From Spirochaetota bacterium (GTDB lineage Bacteria > Spirochaetota > Spirochaetia > CAKZLE01): a stretch of DNA of 64,000 nucleotides. The position numbers and the translations under genes are program-made. The notes beneath the pieces were generated by a model, which was not told the DNA's origin, did no database searches, and was given only the letters and a program-made list of their open reading frames with translations. Location of the stretch: assembly GCA_051745285.1 (NCBI GenBank), contig JBNJDX010000005.1, forward strand, positions 303 through 64,302, in the 5' to 3' direction. Positions 60,280-64,000 of this stretch are shown here, piece by piece; position 1 is the stretch's first letter, and every line of letters starts with the position of its first letter.

Positions 60280-61539
60280 ATGGGTCAGAGCAAAAGAAAG
60301 AAGAGCCATCGGCCGCCGGGCCGGAGACATAAAAAGAGTCCCGACCGTCAGCAGGGACAGACTGAAGACGTACAGGAACAGGAAGCAACATCGTCTCCGG
60401 TGGAGACGGCTGATACACAGCAGCCCCAGCAGACGGAGACAAGGGGCAGCCAACAAAAGGACCGTCAGGCACCTGAATATGTGTATCTGGTAAAAATTCC
60501 CAAATCCAATGAGACCTACACCTGTGGAAGCAATGAATTGATTGAACCCGGTGCGTATGTGGTTGTTCCCACCAGGTACGGACTTGACATGGCACAGGTG
60601 CTTGGCTTTGTGCGTTCAAAAATGCTTTCAGAGACGGTGAGCAGGCTAGATAAGCAACACAAAGATGTTTCATACGCAGATGTTGAGATTCCTTGTATTG
60701 ATTGCCCCGGTTGTGAAGCCGGGCAGCAGGAACCCAACACTCAGGAGTCTGAGAGCGAACAGGGAGAGGGGGATGATGCCCTCATTGAGACTGAACGTCA
60801 GGAAATGTTTGCACAGGCCCTGGAGCAGGAGAAAACTGCCAGGGATGAGGAGCTCAAGCATCTTGATTGGATCGACCGGGTGGCTGATGAGTATGACATC
60901 GCCCAGTTTGAGGAGAATGAGCAGAAAGCACAAGAAGCTTTCAGGATATGTAAGGAGAAGATCACACAACATAAGCTGGACATGAAGCTTGTTGGAGCGC
61001 ATTACCTGCTTACAGAGTCGAAGGTGCTGTTTTTCTTTACAGCAGACAACCGTGTTGATTTTCGAGCCTTGGTAAAGGATCTGGTATCGGTTTTCCGGAT
61101 GCGGATCGAGCTTCGGCAGATCGGGGTTCGGGATGAGTCACGGATATTGGGCGGCATGGCTGTCTGCGGACGTGATTATTGCTGTCATGGGGTGACAGAC
61201 CGTCTGAATCCGGTTTCTATCAAGATGGCCAAGGAACAAAATCTCTCCCTGAATTCAATGAAAATTTCAGGGCCGTGCGGACGGCTTTTATGCTGCCTGT
61301 CATATGAGTTTGATTTTTATCGGGAAGAGAAAAAAAAGCTGCCTAATACTGGCAGCAGGCTGAAAATTCGAGATGAGCTGCTCAAGATCACTGAGGTGAA
61401 TATCCTTTCGCGCAAGTATTATCTGACAGCTTCCGATGGAAGAGTGTTTACCATTCCATTCGAACAAGTTGTCTACAATAAGGAGACCGGACGTTGGGAC
61501 GTTGATCCTCAATATATAGAAGAAGTTTTGTCATTATAA
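60280..61539 (+). CDS. PSP1 C-terminal domain protein (RicT/YaaT-like)
   Basis: PSP1 core (VLFFFTADNRVDFRALVKDLVSVFRMRIELRQIGVRD ... CGRLLCCL). Long basic/Q-rich N-terminal extension. No SD before ATG 60280, so the start is uncertain. Confidence 0.8.
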   Translation: MGQSKRKKSHRPPGRRHKKSPDRQQGQTEDVQEQEATSSPVETADTQQPQQTETRGSQQKDRQAPEYVYLVKIPKSNETYTCGSNELIEPGAYVVVPTRYGLDMAQVLGFVRSKMLSETVSRLDKQHKDVSYADVEIPCIDCPGCEAGQQEPNTQESESEQGEGDDALIETERQEMFAQALEQEKTARDEELKHLDWIDRVADEYDIAQFEENEQKAQEAFRICKEKITQHKLDMKLVGAHYLLTESKVLFFFTADNRVDFRALVKDLVSVFRMRIELRQIGVRDESRILGGMAVCGRDYCCHGVTDRLNPVSIKMAKEQNLSLNSMKISGPCGRLLCCLSYEFDFYREEKKKLPNTGSRLKIRDELLKITEVNILSRKYYLTASDGRVFTIPFEQVVYNKETGRWDVDPQYIEEVLSL

Positions 61540-61552
61540 TGAGATAACTTTA

Positions 61553-61581
61553 TTGACACCTTTGTGTTCGTGTGATAGGTT
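61553..61581 (+). promoter_or_regulatory. candidate promoter of rpsT
   Basis: TTGACA (61553-61558), 17-nt spacer, TAGGTT (61576-61581). Confidence 0.4.
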
Positions 61582-61660
61582 TTCTATCCGTTGAACAGAC
61601 TGGAATTTTCAACTGGAATATACAAATATGTAAAATCATGAGTTTTTTGGAGGTAGGTAC

Positions 61661-61924
61661 GTGTCGAATATCATTTCTGCAGGAAAACGGCATCGACAGA
61701 ATATTGCAAGACGAGCGCGCAACAAGGCTGCGATGAGCATGGTGAGAACCGCTACTAGGAAGTATAAAAGCACCTTGGAGCAAAAAGACACCGAAGCAGC
61801 TGCCGAGCAGCTTAAACAGGTTATCAAGTTGATTGATACCTATACGAATAAGGGTTTGTTTCATAAGAACACCGCAGCCCGGAAGAAGTCCCGCCTGACC
61901 GCACTGTTACATAAAAGTGCCTAG
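61661..61924 (+). CDS. rpsT: 30S ribosomal protein S20
   Basis: GTG start after GGAGG ((M)SNIISAGKRHRQNIARRARNKA). Confidence 0.93.
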   Translation: MSNIISAGKRHRQNIARRARNKAAMSMVRTATRKYKSTLEQKDTEAAAEQLKQVIKLIDTYTNKGLFHKNTAARKKSRLTALLHKSA

Positions 61925-61990
61925 GTAGACGATAACCGTCCAAGATCGATACGGTGAAGCGTGGTGGGTGAAGATGGAACAAGAATCTGA

Positions 61991-62023
61991 CCGGCTTCTT
62001 TTGACAGAGCCGGCTTTTTCTTT
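61991..62023 (+). terminator. intrinsic terminator after rpsT
   Basis: CCGGCT/AGCCGG stem with an 11-nt loop, followed by CTTTTTCTTT. Confidence 0.55.
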
Positions 62024-62057
62024 GTCGATATATGTTTTGAAGCGATAAGGAGGGATT

Positions 62058-62369
62058 ATGGCATCCCGTAAATTGACGAAAGCAGAGATAATTGAGAATA
62101 TCCATGAAAAACTTGGAGTGAGCAGAAGTGACGTCCATGAAGTAATTGATCAATTTTTTGTGGAGTTAAAAGAGGGCTTAGAAGAAGATAAAGTGATTGA
62201 GTTGCGCGGCTTTGGTACCTTTGAGATTAGAACCCGCAAGGGGCGAGAGCGAGCACGAAATCCGAAAACCGGTGAGATTGTTGCGGTTGACACACATGGA
62301 GTTGCCGTTTTCAGACCCGGTAAAGAGCTGAAGGATTTGGCATGGGACCTGCGCGGTAAGGCTTTCTAG
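62058..62369 (+). CDS. HU/IHF-family DNA-binding protein
   Basis: 103 aa (LRGFGTFEIRTRKGRERARNPKTGE). SD AAGGAGGG. Confidence 0.9.
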   Translation: MASRKLTKAEIIENIHEKLGVSRSDVHEVIDQFFVELKEGLEEDKVIELRGFGTFEIRTRKGRERARNPKTGEIVAVDTHGVAVFRPGKELKDLAWDLRGKAF

Positions 62370-62449
62370 CTCTCTTTCCGCTGCATTGTCGCACCCTGGA
62401 AATTACACCGGCTGCTAACAAGCCGCATACAAATTAATAACGAGAGAAC

Positions 62450-64000
62450 ATGAGCGAAAGACACATTTCTCTGCTGCAGCATCCCAGGAACCTCAGGACC
62501 TACGGCTCTGAGGTTCTTATGTTGCTAGCATCAGTCCTGCTGTTTGCATTGGCATTCCCCGGTTTTGCATCAGACTGGGGGTTTGGTCTTCTTGGATTTA
62601 TCGTGCTGATACCGGTTGTTGCCGTTATCAGGAATGCACCCTGGAAAGTCGTCTGGTTTTATGGATGGTTTTTTGGGCTGACAAGCTATCTGGCTTTTAA
62701 TTACTGGCTCGCCAGCTTCCATCCGCTTGCTATATTTATTTCACCACTGGTATTTAGCACCTACGGGATTGTGCTGTTTCCAGTGCTTAAACTGGCTGAT
62801 AGCCTGTTTCCCAAGTACGGCTACGTTGTCCAGACAATTATCTGGATAGCGTATGAGTATTTGAGCACGCAGGGGTTTTTTGGATACGCATACGGCATTC
62901 TCGGCTACACACAGTATCAGTTTCTCCCCTTTATCCAGATTGCCGAGATCTTTGGTATTTGGGGTGTTACCCTGCTCACGGTGTTTCCCTCCTTTTTACT
63001 GGGGCGGCTGCTGGGGGATGTCCTCAATGGCTCACTGAGCTGGGACCGCTTTGAGCTGGCAGCTTTTTTCAAAGCCCATCGTATCAGCTGGCTAGTCTAT
63101 CTGCTGCTGTTTGTGGCCTCGTTGATCTTCGGCTTTGCAACCATGGCACGCCATAATAATGAAGAGCCTGACAGGATATGGAAGACAGCCCTGGTCCAGC
63201 ACAATGCGGACTCCTGGGAAGGCGGTTTTACAACCTATCAGCGCAACTTCTACAATCTTCGGCGCATGAGTCTGCAGGCTCTGGATGCGGGAGACCCTGA
63301 TATTATCATCTGGTCGGAGACTGCCTTTGTTCCGGCTGTGTACTGGCACTCGAATTATGAGACCAACGAGCAGATGGCTGAATTAGTGGATGAGTTCGTC
63401 TATTTTGCTAAGAATCTTCCCGTTCCCCTGCTGACCGGGAATGATGACGGGCGGCTGGAAGATCCCGATAAACCGCCAGTGAATCCGGACGGGTCTTTCA
63501 ACCGGGTTGATTATAATGCGGTCATTCTCTACGAAAATGGGGAACTCGTCGAAACCTACCGGAAGCAGCATCTGGTACCAATGACAGAACACTTCCCCTA
63601 TGAGGACACGTTTCCCAGGATTCATCAGCTGCTTGTCGAAAATGAGTACAATTTCTGGGGATACGGTCAGGAGGCAACAGTATTTGAGACCAGTGACGGG
63701 GTAACCTTTTCCACGCCGATTTGCTTCGAAGATATTTTCGGCTATCTCTCTGCAGAATTCGTGCAGAATGGAGCGGATGTGATTGTCAACATGACCAATG
63801 ATTCATGGTCCGGCTCAGTTCCCTCCCAGATGCAGCATTTTGCCATGGCTGTTTTCCGGTCCGTTGAGAATCGCCGTTCAATGGTGCGGGGCACGAATTC
63901 GGGGATGACAAGCGTCATTGATCCGGCAGGACGGATTCTCACGCTCATGGAACCGTTTGTCAGTGGCTGGATTAACACCGAAGTGCCGATTTATACTTAT
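62450..64000 (+). CDS. lnt: apolipoprotein N-acyltransferase (3' end beyond the window)
   Basis: Not in the ORF track because it has no stop inside the window. ATG 62450 stays in frame to 64000. N-terminal polytopic region plus CN-hydrolase domain (IIIWSETA ... YRKQHLVP ... PICFED). Confidence 0.88.
   Translation, partial: MSERHISLLQHPRNLRTYGSEVLMLLASVLLFALAFPGFASDWGFGLLGFIVLIPVVAVIRNAPWKVVWFYGWFFGLTSYLAFNYWLASFHPLAIFISPLVFSTYGIVLFPVLKLADSLFPKYGYVVQTIIWIAYEYLSTQGFFGYAYGILGYTQYQFLPFIQIAEIFGIWGVTLLTVFPSFLLGRLLGDVLNGSLSWDRFELAAFFKAHRISWLVYLLLFVASLIFGFATMARHNNEEPDRIWKTALVQHNADSWEGGFTTYQRNFYNLRRMSLQALDAGDPDIIIWSETAFVPAVYWHSNYETNEQMAELVDEFVYFAKNLPVPLLTGNDDGRLEDPDKPPVNPDGSFNRVDYNAVILYENGELVETYRKQHLVPMTEHFPYEDTFPRIHQLLVENEYNFWGYGQEATVFETSDGVTFSTPICFEDIFGYLSAEFVQNGADVIVNMTNDSWSGSVPSQMQHFAMAVFRSVENRRSMVRGTNSGMTSVIDPAGRILTLMEPFVSGWINTEVPIYTY

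Overview
This looks like a core chromosomal region of a spirochaete-like bacterium. That inference rests on the EF-Tu, TlyA and GerMN-type protein sequences and on gene order; GC looks mid-range by eye. About 27 kb on the + strand (13.3-41.0 kb) is one continuous transcription/translation block: tRNA-Thr, rpmG, tRNA-Trp, secE, nusG, rplKAJL, rpoBC, rpsLG, tuf, then the S10, spc and alpha operons through rplQ. The block lacks fusA, adk, map and infA. Left of it are a PAS-GGDEF-EAL protein, hsp20, an acidic lipoprotein, an RND/MMPL exporter, PrsW, clpB, a MobA-like transferase, a DUF554 protein and glgP. Right of it are rny-ymdB-tlyA, a GerMN protein, ptsI, der, a HAD hydrolase, a HutC-type GntR regulator, a small lipoprotein, an acidic coiled-coil membrane protein, grpE-dnaK-dnaJ, rlmB, purD, dus, tatD, a PSP1/RicT-like protein, rpsT, an HU/IHF protein and the 5' part of lnt. 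I found no CRISPR array, transposase, integrase, phage gene or recognisable defence system. The most unusual locus is 49.6-52.3 kb. It has a consensus promoter carrying a palindromic HutC-type operator. That promoter drives a GC-rich, hairpin-dense, non-coding leader of about 465 nt that I cannot assign to any RNA family, followed by a 111-codon lipoprotein ORF and its own terminator. Next to it, a hyper-acidic membrane-anchored coiled-coil protein with an HTH-like tail sits where hrcA is often found, upstream of grpE-dnaK-dnaJ. Other regulatory signals are an exact sigma-54 promoter on hsp20, large inverted repeats in the clpB and grpE leaders that share the core CACTGCT, a long leader on tuf with mutually exclusive pairings, and a probably leaderless ptsI. 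All family assignments come from reading the translations by eye; no database search was run.
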